From: Chloroflexota bacterium
GTDB taxonomy: Bacteria; Chloroflexota; Dehalococcoidia; Bin125
Direction of reading: 5' to 3'
Length of the DNA: 64,000 bases
Assembly: GCA_028873865.1 (NCBI GenBank)
Contig: JAPPNI010000030.1
Coordinates: 85,268 to 149,267, forward strand
Notes under the pieces: model-generated
Database searches by the model: none
Told to the model about the DNA's origin: nothing
Seen by the model: the letters and a program-made list of their open reading frames with translations, nothing else
Made by a program: the position numbers and the translations under genes
Shown: one piece after another, positions 33,096 to 41,869 of the stretch
Position numbering within the stretch: the first letter of the stretch is position 1
Layout: the number at the start of each line of letters is the position of its first letter

Positions 33096-33587
33096 GTGCC
33101 CCGGCTGCGCAGCAACATCATCGCCGTCTACGTCGTGCGTCCGTCGGAGAACGGCATCGAACTGCTGATGCTCCAGCGACCGGAGGGCCACCGCTTCGCG
33201 GGCGCCTGGCAGACTGTGGGCGGTCATATCGAGGAGAAGCAGGGCGAAACCGCCTGGCAGGCCGCGATCCGCGAAACGAACGAGGAAACCGGCCTCGATG
33301 TCGAGCACTGGTTCCGCATCGACCGCCCTGAGACCTTCTACAACCCCGAAAACGACACGATCTACTTCGTCCCCGCCTTCGCCGCCCTGGTCGCGGCAGG
33401 ATCGGAACCAACGATCTCAGACGAACACCAGGCCTGGCGCTGGCTGACTCCCAATGAAGCAGCCGAAACCGTCGATTGGGCGGCAATGCGGGACTCGATT
33501 CTGATGGTCGGTGAAGCGTTGGCGAATCCTGATTGCCCCGGGCTGGGGGTCACCGAGATGTACCCAGCCGAACTAGCCGCCGATTGA
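33096..33587 (+). CDS. NUDIX hydrolase
   Basis: NUDIX box GGHIEEKQGETAWQAAIRETNEETGL. Confidence 0.8.
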   Translation: MPRLRSNIIAVYVVRPSENGIELLMLQRPEGHRFAGAWQTVGGHIEEKQGETAWQAAIRETNEETGLDVEHWFRIDRPETFYNPENDTIYFVPAFAALVAAGSEPTISDEHQAWRWLTPNEAAETVDWAAMRDSILMVGEALANPDCPGLGVTEMYPAELAAD

Positions 33588-33672
33588 GATCGGGTCCGAC
33601 ACCCGCCCGTCGGGGGTCTGCAATGGGCACCACGAGACTGACCATCACCTCCGACCGTGCAACGATGACTAC

Positions 33673-34758
33673 ATGACCTCCATTGGACTGATCGGTTTCG
33701 AACGCTCCGGCAAAACGACCCTGTTCAACGCCCTGACCGGTGCCGGACGGGCGACCGGATTCACCACCCACACGGAGCCAAACGAAGGCGTCGTCCCGGC
33801 CGCTGATGAGCGGCTCAGCCGACTCTCTGACCTCTATCAACCGAAGAAAACCACCCCGGCCGTACTCGATGTGGTCGATTTCCCCGGCGCCGGATTCGCC
33901 GGAGCATTGGGCGGCGGCAACGAGCCGCCGTCGAGCAAACTGCTCGACCAGCTTTCTCAGCTCGATGCGCTGGCCCACGTCGTCCGCGCCTTCGACAACG
34001 ACGCCGTGCCGCATCCCGCCGAGCGCATCGATCCCGAGGCCGACATCGAAGCAATGCAACTGGAGCTCACCTTCGCCGACCTCGCCCTGATCGAGAAGCG
34101 CCTCCAGCGCATCGCCGACGAAACCAAGTCAATGAAGGCCGCGGAACGGGTCGCCGTCGACCGGGAACGGGACTTGCTGAGCCGCCTACAGAGTCACCTC
34201 GGCGACGGCGGCACCTTGCTGGACGCTCCGCTCTCGGAGCTTGAACGCGCCGACATCCGCCACTACCGATTCCTCACAGAACGACCGATGCTGACCATCT
34301 TCAACGTCGATGAGGACACGGCTGCAGGGGGAACGATCGAAGGCATCGCACTTTCTGCCCGGTTGGAGGAAGAACTGCGCGACTTCGACGAAGAGGAAGC
34401 CGCCGCATACCGGGAAGAGCTCGGCGTCGGTGCGGGCGCGGTCGAGACGGCGCTGCAGGAGACGTTCCGGCTGCTCGGTCTGCGCACCTTCTTCACGGTC
34501 GGCCCGGACGAGTGTCGGGCCTGGACCGTTCGAGCCGGCGGCACCGCCCCACAGGCCGCCGGCAGGATTCACACCGACTTCGAGCGCGGCTTCATCCGCG
34601 CCGAGGTGGTGCGCTGGGACCATCTGCTCGACTGCGGCGCCGCGGTAGGAGCGTCGGGAGCCGAGGCGGAGGCCAAGAAGCGGGCCCAACTCAGCACGCA
34701 GGGCAAGGAGTACGAGGTCCAGGACGGCGACGTCCTGCACATCCTCTTCAACATCTGA
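33673..34758 (+). CDS. ychF: ribosome-binding ATPase YchF (Obg-family GTPase)
   Basis: IGLIGFERSGKTTLFNALTG P-loop and a C-terminal TGS domain (EYEVQDGDVLHILFNI). Confidence 0.85.
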   Translation: MTSIGLIGFERSGKTTLFNALTGAGRATGFTTHTEPNEGVVPAADERLSRLSDLYQPKKTTPAVLDVVDFPGAGFAGALGGGNEPPSSKLLDQLSQLDALAHVVRAFDNDAVPHPAERIDPEADIEAMQLELTFADLALIEKRLQRIADETKSMKAAERVAVDRERDLLSRLQSHLGDGGTLLDAPLSELERADIRHYRFLTERPMLTIFNVDEDTAAGGTIEGIALSARLEEELRDFDEEEAAAYREELGVGAGAVETALQETFRLLGLRTFFTVGPDECRAWTVRAGGTAPQAAGRIHTDFERGFIRAEVVRWDHLLDCGAAVGASGAEAEAKKRAQLSTQGKEYEVQDGDVLHILFNI

Positions 34759-34788
34759 CGAGTCCAATCCGGGACGTATCCTCTATCC

Positions 34789-35625
34789 ATGGCCAGTTCC
34801 GCCGAGATCGCCCGCGCCCTGCTAATCGCCGCCCGCGAGGGCCCTGCCGTTGCCTCGTGCACGGTGATGGGCGCGACCGACGGCGTCAATGCCGCGCTCG
34901 GCGCCAAAATGCTGGTCTATGAGGGCCGGAACCTGGGCGAGATCGGCGGCGGCCCGCTGGAAGAGGCCGTCGCTGAATTTGGTCGCCGAGCGATCCCCAA
35001 GCACCTGGTGCAGACCTGCGCCTTCACGCCGGATGGCCAACTGGTCGAAGGCCGCCGCGCGATCGAATCCGCCGACGCGATCGTCGAAATTCTCGTCGAA
35101 GTAGTCGAGCCGGCCTCGACCCTGCTCGTGGTCGGCGGCGGACATGTCGGCCTCGCCGTGGGACAGCTCGGCGCGATGCTGGGCATGGAGGTCGTCATCA
35201 TCGATGACCGCGAAGATTACGCCAACGAAGAGCGCTTCCCCTACGAGGCCAACGTGATCTGCGGCGACTTCGGCGAAGAGCTCGAGCAGTTCCCGATTAC
35301 AGCCAACACCTACATCGTCCTGGTCTCGCGCGGACACAAGGTCGACGAGCTCGCTCTGCGCACCGTCGCCGAGCGCGGCGCTGGCTATGTCGGCATGATC
35401 GGCTCCAAACGACGAACCCGCACCGTGCTCCAGCACCTGGCCGAGGAAGGCGTCGACTCTGAGGCGCTGGACAGGGTCTTCACGCCGATCGGCCTCGATA
35501 TCGGCGCTGAAACTCCGGAAGAGATCGCCGTATCCGTGTTGGGCGAAATCATCCTCGTCCGCAGGGGCGGCGGCGCACAGCCGATGTCAGAGCACGGCCG
35601 CTTGCTCGCGGGCAAGCAACGCTAA
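34789..35625 (+). CDS. xdhC: XdhC/CoxI family molybdoenzyme maturation protein (N-domain plus Rossmann domain)
   Basis: N-terminal XdhC_CoxI-like segment (GAKMLVYEGRNLGEIGGG) and a Rossmann domain (LLVVGGGHVGLAVG...GMIGSKRR). Confidence 0.75.
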   Translation: MASSAEIARALLIAAREGPAVASCTVMGATDGVNAALGAKMLVYEGRNLGEIGGGPLEEAVAEFGRRAIPKHLVQTCAFTPDGQLVEGRRAIESADAIVEILVEVVEPASTLLVVGGGHVGLAVGQLGAMLGMEVVIIDDREDYANEERFPYEANVICGDFGEELEQFPITANTYIVLVSRGHKVDELALRTVAERGAGYVGMIGSKRRTRTVLQHLAEEGVDSEALDRVFTPIGLDIGAETPEEIAVSVLGEIILVRRGGGAQPMSEHGRLLAGKQR

Positions 35626-35656
35626 ACTGTTCGCCAGGAGACGCAGAGGAACAACG

Positions 35657-35974
35657 ATGCCCCAGGACGAGGTCTACGAAGCCATGTCGAGCGCCTTTGA
35701 ACAGGGCGCCCCGGTCGCTCTGGCGACGGTCGCCCAGACGCTCGGATCGACGCCGCGCAAGACCGGCGCCAAGATGTTGGTCCGCGAGGACGGCTCGTTC
35801 GTCGGGACGATCGGCGGCGGCTGCGGCGAGGCGGAGGTCTGGCAAGAGGCGATGGACGCGCTCGACGACGGCGACGCCCGCATGGTCACGGTCGACCTGA
35901 CCGAGCCGGTCGACGGCGAAGACAAGATCTGCGGTGGGATTATGCGCATCTTCGTCGAGAAGCTGGAAGCATAA
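35657..35974 (+). CDS. stand-alone XdhC/CoxI N-terminal domain protein
   Basis: VALATVAQTLGSTPRKTGAKMLVREDGSFVGTIGGGCGEAEV is the XdhC_CoxI N-domain signature. Confidence 0.65.
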   Translation: MPQDEVYEAMSSAFEQGAPVALATVAQTLGSTPRKTGAKMLVREDGSFVGTIGGGCGEAEVWQEAMDALDDGDARMVTVDLTEPVDGEDKICGGIMRIFVEKLEA

Positions 35975-36131
35975 CTGAGCCCGCCCAGCCTGGGGAACAC
36001 TGATAAGCTAGGGATCAGCCGCCCGTACCGGGTCTCTCTGACCTAGTGATGTCGGGGAGGAAGACCGAGGCGAGGCGCCGCACCCAGCGAGCGGCGCGCG
36101 CTGAGCGCCGGCGGCACAGCAGGAGTTCGGT

Positions 36132-36380
36132 ATGGCACTGATCGGGTTTGGTCCTGTCGAAGCGATTGTCGTTGTGATCGTGGTGTTGGTCGTCTTCGGC
36201 GCGGGTCGTTTGGCCGGCGTCGGCAAGGCGCTCGGTACCGGCCTGCGTGAGTTCCGCGAGGAAGCGCGGACGCCAAATTCGGAGGAAGAGGGCGAGGAAG
36301 ACGCGACGGACGAAGTCACTGTCTCGTCCAGCACGTCGGAAGAAGAAGACAAGCCGTCCTCGTCCGGCTCCTCGGGCTGA
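36132..36380 (+). CDS. tatA: twin-arginine translocase subunit TatA/E
   Basis: MALIGFGPVEAIVVVIVVLVVFGAGRLAGVGKALG... with an acidic C-terminal tail. Confidence 0.85.
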   Translation: MALIGFGPVEAIVVVIVVLVVFGAGRLAGVGKALGTGLREFREEARTPNSEEEGEEDATDEVTVSSSTSEEEDKPSSSGSSG

Positions 36381-36404
36381 CGTCCCCACGCCAGTTCATC
36401 ACCC

Positions 36405-37163
36405 TTGACCCGGCTGCGTGCAGTTGCCCTTGACCTGTGGGGCACCCTGATCGTTGACGCACCCGGCGGCGGCCGGCGACGCATGCGCCGCCGTGAAGCA
36501 CGCCTGACCAGGGCCTACGAGCGAGCGGGCGCCGGCAGCGGTGCCGCCGGCGCCGTCCCGAAGGCGATCCGGCACGCAATCGATGAGCTGGTCGTTGCCC
36601 ACCAGTCCAACATCGATCTGTCCGGCGAGGACCGCCTCAATGCCGTGCGTCGCTCGATGCTGGAACAATGCCCCGACACCGTCGAAGATGACGCCCTGCG
36701 GGAAGAGTTGGTCGCGGCAATCTGCGAAAGCCCCAGTTGGGAGCCGCCTGACATCATCGATGGCGTCGAGCGAGAACTCGCTGCGCTGAAGCAGCGTGGA
36801 GTCACCTTGGCGGTGGTCTCCAACACCGGCCTCGCCCCGGGCCGATACGTCGAGGACGCATTGGTCGCCCGTGGCTTCGACCGCTGGATCGACCACTGGA
36901 TCTGGTCCGACGACGTGCTCAGCTGGAAACCAGGCTCGGCCATCTTCGCTGCTGCGCTCGATGCGCTCGGCGCATCCGCCGGGGAAACCGCCTTTGTCGG
37001 CGACACGCCCGAGGCCGACATCCTCGGCTCTCGCCACGCCGGCTTCGCCGTCTCAGTGCTGGTCGGCGACAAATCCGATGAGGCCATAGAGCCCGATCTC
37101 ACCCTGCCGTCGGTCAGGGGACTCACGGCGAGGCTGAAACAACGAGGCTATCTGTCTCACTGA
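36405..37163 (+). CDS. HAD-superfamily hydrolase
   Basis: Motif I AVALDLWGTL (DxD-type) and downstream HAD motifs (VVSNTG, GDTPEADI). Confidence 0.75.
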   Translation: MTRLRAVALDLWGTLIVDAPGGGRRRMRRREARLTRAYERAGAGSGAAGAVPKAIRHAIDELVVAHQSNIDLSGEDRLNAVRRSMLEQCPDTVEDDALREELVAAICESPSWEPPDIIDGVERELAALKQRGVTLAVVSNTGLAPGRYVEDALVARGFDRWIDHWIWSDDVLSWKPGSAIFAAALDALGASAGETAFVGDTPEADILGSRHAGFAVSVLVGDKSDEAIEPDLTLPSVRGLTARLKQRGYLSH

Positions 37164-37235
37164 GCACAATCCTCCACGACCCAGACAGTCCCGACAGATG
37201 CTCCACGCCGATCGAGAGAAACATATGCTGGATAC

Positions 37236-38411
37236 ATGAGGTTCGGCATGTTCGGCGGTCAAGGCATCAAGGTCGGGCGGATCCTGGGGATCCCGATCCG
37301 GCTCGACCTCTCGTTTTTTTTCGTCTTCGCCCTCGTGGTGTTTTTGATCGCGACTCAGATCATGCCGGATTCGATGGACGGCTTGGGTGGCGCGGAGCGC
37401 TGGCTGTACGGCCTGGTCGGCGGAGCCGTCTATTTTCTCTCGCTGCTGATCCATGAGCTGGCCCACTCATTGATGGCTCGCCGCTACGGCATGGAAGTCT
37501 CCTCGATCACATTGTTTTTTTTCGGCGGCGTATCGCTGATCCGTGAGGACTCGCAACGGCCTGGCCAGGAGTTCTGGATCGCCGTCGTTGGACCGCTGGC
37601 ATCGCTCGTCTTGGGCGCAGGCTTCACGTTCGTGGCGCTCTTTGCCCTGTCTGACGGCACCGCGTTACGCAACATCGTCTTCGTTCTCGGCGTCCTCAAC
37701 TGCATCCTCGCCGCGTTCAACATGCTGCCCGGATTCCCGCTTGACGGAGGCCGCGTGATGCGCTCGCTGGTTTGGCGGCTGACCGGATCGCGGCATCGCG
37801 CGACGCGGGCCTCCGCCCGCCTGGGACAACTGCTCGGAGCGGCGATGATCGTCTACGGCATCGGCGGATTGCTGACGGAAATCGCGTTCTTCGACATGGG
37901 CTTCAACTCGCTCTGGCTGGCGCTGATCGGTTTCCTGCTCATGACCCAGGCAGCTCAGGGAGTCAAGGCGGCCGAGCTGGAACGTGATCTCGCCTCCCTC
38001 CGCGTGGGGGAATTGATGCTGGAGCCGCCCGTGGCGCGCACGGCAGAGGCGGACCTGTTGGTCCGGGTGCTGGCCCCCTCGCGGGCTCAGCTCGACCAGC
38101 AGGATGTATTCATCGTCGCGGAGGGCGGCATCGCGGTCGGGATCGCCTCGGCGGTGCAGATCCTGTTGCTCGATGAAGAGCGCTATCAGAGCGACCGATT
38201 GCGCGACATCATGCTCGCTGCCGACCAGGTGCAACCGCTGCAACCCGACTCGGGCGCCGACGAGGCGCTGCAGCGCCTGCAGAAGGAGCGCACGTTCGTC
38301 CTGCCGGTCGTCGAGCGTGGGCGTTTACTGGGCGTCGTCGGCCTGGAACAGATTCTCAAGGCTCTGGGACAGGGACCGCCGCCGCGACTCGATCCGTCGG
38401 CCGGAGCCTGA
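37236..38411 (+). CDS. site-2 protease family (M50) zinc metallopeptidase with a C-terminal CBS pair
   Basis: HELAHSL (HExxH) in a TM helix, multi-TM, and a C-terminal tandem CBS-like region. Confidence 0.8.
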   Translation: MRFGMFGGQGIKVGRILGIPIRLDLSFFFVFALVVFLIATQIMPDSMDGLGGAERWLYGLVGGAVYFLSLLIHELAHSLMARRYGMEVSSITLFFFGGVSLIREDSQRPGQEFWIAVVGPLASLVLGAGFTFVALFALSDGTALRNIVFVLGVLNCILAAFNMLPGFPLDGGRVMRSLVWRLTGSRHRATRASARLGQLLGAAMIVYGIGGLLTEIAFFDMGFNSLWLALIGFLLMTQAAQGVKAAELERDLASLRVGELMLEPPVARTAEADLLVRVLAPSRAQLDQQDVFIVAEGGIAVGIASAVQILLLDEERYQSDRLRDIMLAADQVQPLQPDSGADEALQRLQKERTFVLPVVERGRLLGVVGLEQILKALGQGPPPRLDPSAGA

Positions 38412-38467
38412 ACCTCCTGGTGCATGGCGATACAGTCGATGACGTGAGGCCGCGCCGACCGAGACCC

Positions 38468-39850
38468 ATGTCATCGCCCCGACTCAGCGCAGCCGTCATG
38501 GCCGGGAAGGCAGCCCGATTCGGTATGCGGGCGCTGGGTTCCGGCGGTACAGCGTTACCCGGCCTGATCGCAGAGCGAATGCAACCCAATGCCCTTGGGC
38601 AGCTTGCGGCAGGGCTCTCTTCGGTCGCACTGATCACCGGCACCAATGGCAAAACCACAACCGCGGCGATGTTGGCCCGCATCCTCCGTACCGACGGCCG
38701 GGCCGTCGTGCACAATCGCGCCGGCTCAAATCTGATGCGCGGGGTCACGGCCGCCATGATCGATGCGGCCTCTCCCATAGGCCGCCTGCCCAACGAGACC
38801 AACGCCGTGCTCGAAGCCGACGAAGCTGCGCTGCCTGCCATAGCGGCCGCCGCACCGCCCAGCGTCGCTGTGTTCACAAATCTGATGCGCGATCAACTCG
38901 ACCGCTACGGGGAAATCGAGTCGATCGCTCTGCGCTGGGCCGACGCATTGTCGAAGTTTCCGCCGCACACAACCATCGCACTCAATGTGGACGACCCGTT
39001 GATCGCATCTCTGTCCCGTCACTGGCCCGGTCAGAGCCTGAGCTTCGGCATCGAGGACCCGGACATTCCACCCGCCCCGCCGGGAGAAATTGTGGATGCT
39101 GTCTGGGATCCGCAGACGGACGAGGACTTCCGTTACTCACGCCGGTATTTTGCCCAGCTCGGTCGCTGGCACACCGCCGGCGGTACACAACGGCCGCGCC
39201 CGGACATCGCGGCAGAACACATAGCGGCGAGCTCGGAAGGAACCTCGTTCACCCTGCGAACGCCTCAGACGTCCGCCGACATCGCGCTGCCGGCCGAAGG
39301 CCTGTACAGCGTCTACAACGCGCTGGCCGCTGCAGCGTCGGCGACAGCGCTGGGTGTTTCGCTCGAGACGATCCGGGCCGGCTTGGGATCACATCAGGCA
39401 GCCTTCGGTCGACAGGAAGAAGTGCTCGTCCAGGGCCGGCGAGTCCGAGTGCTGCTGGGTAAGAATCCGTCGGGCATGAATCAGGCGTTGCGCACGCTGC
39501 AACACCCGGGCGAGCGCCACCATCTGCTGGTCCTGCTCAACGACGGCATCGCTGACGGAACCGATGTCTCTTGGATCTGGGACGTGGACTGGGAATCTCA
39601 GGCCGAGCACTGCGAGTCGCTCACAGTCGGTGGCCGCCGGGCCGCCGACATGGCCCTGCGACTGGAGTACGCCGGACTTCCGGCGCCGTGCCAACCAATC
39701 GCGAATGACATTGGAACCGCGCTGCGCACAGCCCTGGATGCCGTTCCCGACGCCGGGCAACTGGTCGTTCTGCCAACCTATACAGCGATGCTTGACGTCC
39801 GCCAACGGCTCGGACATCTGGGCGCCTCGCGCCTCTGGGATGTGGCCTGA
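38468..39850 (+). CDS. murT: lipid II isoglutaminyl synthase, Mur-ligase-like subunit MurT (start uncertain; ORF opens at 38420)
   Basis: Mur ligase central domain (ITGTNGKTTTAAMLARIL) and a C-terminal DUF1727-like region; followed by gatD. Confidence 0.8.
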   Translation: MSSPRLSAAVMAGKAARFGMRALGSGGTALPGLIAERMQPNALGQLAAGLSSVALITGTNGKTTTAAMLARILRTDGRAVVHNRAGSNLMRGVTAAMIDAASPIGRLPNETNAVLEADEAALPAIAAAAPPSVAVFTNLMRDQLDRYGEIESIALRWADALSKFPPHTTIALNVDDPLIASLSRHWPGQSLSFGIEDPDIPPAPPGEIVDAVWDPQTDEDFRYSRRYFAQLGRWHTAGGTQRPRPDIAAEHIAASSEGTSFTLRTPQTSADIALPAEGLYSVYNALAAAASATALGVSLETIRAGLGSHQAAFGRQEEVLVQGRRVRVLLGKNPSGMNQALRTLQHPGERHHLLVLLNDGIADGTDVSWIWDVDWESQAEHCESLTVGGRRAADMALRLEYAGLPAPCQPIANDIGTALRTALDAVPDAGQLVVLPTYTAMLDVRQRLGHLGASRLWDVA

Positions 39851-40632
39851 TGAGCAGCGCGGACCGACCCTCTCTCAACGTTGCAGTGCTCTATCCGGAC
39901 CTGCTCAATCTCTACGGTGACCGTGGCAACGCACGCACGCTTGAGCAGCGCTGTGCCGCACGCAGCATCGAGGCGAACGTGATTGGTGTCGGCATCGGCG
40001 ACGACTGGTCGTCCGAAGAGGCGGACATTGTCCTCGTCGGCGGCGGACAGGACCGCGAGCAGCGCCGAGTCCAGGCAGACCTCCAGCAGCGAGGCGAAGA
40101 CCTACGCAAGTACGTCGATAATGATGGCGTGGTGCTCGCCGTGTGCGGGGGGTTTCAGCTCTTCGGCCATCACTATCGCGGCTGGGACGGCGAGATCATG
40201 GAGGGCATCGGCGTCTTCGACGCTGTAGCCACTCACCCTGGACCCAGGATCGCCCGTTGCGTTGGCAATGTCATCGCGCTCTGGGAGGGCGAGACGGTCG
40301 TCGGATTTGAGAACCACGGCGGACGAACCTACCTCAACGAGGGTCAGCAAGCTCTCGCCGACGTGGTCAGTGGGTTCGGCAACAACGGTGGAGACGGACT
40401 CGAAGGCGCGAAGGTCAAGAACGCCTACGGCACATATCTGCACGGCGCGGTGCTGCCCAAGAATCCGCGCCTCGCCGACCGCCTGATCTCGTTGGCGATG
40501 GTGCGCCGTTACGGTCCCGAGGAAGCGAATCTGGCACCGCTCGACGACAGCGCTGCCCTGCGAGCCCATGCCGAGGCCCTCCACGCCGCTCTGTCGGCCG
40601 GGGAATCGTCACTCGGGCGCCGCTTCGCATAA
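39850..40632 (+). CDS. gatD: lipid II isoglutaminyl synthase, glutaminase subunit GatD (CobQ/CobB-type GATase)
   Basis: GATase-3 features (VLAVCGGFQLFG; H/E near YGTYLHGAVLPKNP); 1-nt overlap with murT. Confidence 0.8.
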   Translation: MSSADRPSLNVAVLYPDLLNLYGDRGNARTLEQRCAARSIEANVIGVGIGDDWSSEEADIVLVGGGQDREQRRVQADLQQRGEDLRKYVDNDGVVLAVCGGFQLFGHHYRGWDGEIMEGIGVFDAVATHPGPRIARCVGNVIALWEGETVVGFENHGGRTYLNEGQQALADVVSGFGNNGGDGLEGAKVKNAYGTYLHGAVLPKNPRLADRLISLAMVRRYGPEEANLAPLDDSAALRAHAEALHAALSAGESSLGRRFA

Positions 40633-40667
40633 CGTAAAGTCACGACATCAGCTCAAGAGGAATCGCC

Positions 40668-40886
40668 ATGGCCGCCACATCAACCCTGACTCGCACCGCG
40701 CCGGACATCTCCTGCGAACACTGCGCCAACGCGATCGCCGGAGCGCTGGGCGCCATCGATGGCGTCGCTACCGTCGCGGTCGACATCGACGAAAAGCGCG
40801 TCGACGTGGAATACGACGCGGCTACGGCGTCGGTTGAGCAGATCGACGCCGCCCTGGAGGAGGAAGGCTATCCGCCGCTCCGATAG
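40668..40886 (+). CDS. heavy-metal-associated (HMA) domain protein, CopZ-like
   Basis: HMA ferredoxin-like fold with a metal-binding SCEHC (CxxC). Confidence 0.65.
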   Translation: MAATSTLTRTAPDISCEHCANAIAGALGAIDGVATVAVDIDEKRVDVEYDAATASVEQIDAALEEEGYPPLR

Positions 40887-40985
40887 CCCTTGGGGACAAC
40901 AGCCGTCGCGCGGAGGACTCCCCGGCGGCCGCCGTGGCGCTCGTAGCCCATATTCCAACGAGAGCGGCAGCTGGCTGATCGGCCC

Positions 40986-41862
40986 GAGCTGGTTGTACGT
41001 GCTGGCGGCGATCGTCATCTTCGCCGCGGCTGCGGCGGTCGCCGTGGTCCAGGCGACCGGCTCCGATGACTCCGGTGAACCGAACGCCCTCCAGGCGACG
41101 AGTGTCGGACCGGCTGACGAGATCGGGGAATCTCAGCAGGCTGCCTCAGCAGAGCCCAACGGGACCGAGACGGCGCAGCCGATCCAACAAACCCAGTCCG
41201 TGGAGCAGTCCACAGAACCGCAGCAGCCGGTCTCGGAGGCTGAGGCGCAGGCCGAGCAGGCCGACGAAGAAGAGATTGCGCCGGAGCCGGAGGCAGACAA
41301 TCCACTACGCGGCTTCGTCATCCCGATCGCCGGCGCCTGCATCACCGAGTTTCCAGGCCACCTGCCAGGCTCGACCCGCCATTACCGCAATGACGGCGTC
41401 CACGAGGGCCTCGACTTCTACGAGTGGGCTTCCTGCACGGCCGTTCGCTACAGCACCGAGATCCTCGCCGCCAAGGCCGGGGTTGTGATTCGCGCTGATC
41501 TCAACTACATCGACATCACGCCAGCCGATTGGGATCGGTTCATCGCCGCTAACTGGGAGGGCGAGGAGATCCTCGACGAACTCCGCGGCCGCCAGGTCTG
41601 GATCGATCACGGCCGAGGGATCGTCTCCCGCTACGCCCACCTCTCGGCCATCGCCGAAGGCATCGCTGCCGGGACCGAGGTGAGGCGAGGGCAGGTGATC
41701 GGCTATCCGGGTGAATCCGGGCAGCAAGAGGTCTACGCCAATCCCGGCACCGACGTCCACTTGCACTTTGAAATCCGCGTCGGTGACGGCTGGCTCGGCC
41801 AAGGTGAGACATTGGAGGCGGCGAGGCGACTGTATCTGCAAGCCTTCGGCTTGGCGGATTGA
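40986..41862 (+). CDS. M23 family (LytM-like) metallopeptidase with an N-terminal TM anchor and a Q/E-rich linker; start uncertain (no in-frame ATG after the copZ stop; ORF opens at 40759)
   Basis: HEGLDFY ... VWIDHGRGIVSRYAHL ... DVHLHFEIRV are M23 motifs (HxxxD, HxH). Confidence 0.7.
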
Positions 41863-41869
41863 TAGCTGG

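Noticed and set aside
40759-40986. The ATG at 40759 as start of the M23 peptidase (overlapping copZ by 128 nt)
   Set aside because: The overlap is too long and the N-terminal translation is Arg/Ser-rich junk. The real start is probably a non-ATG codon just upstream of the TM helix.
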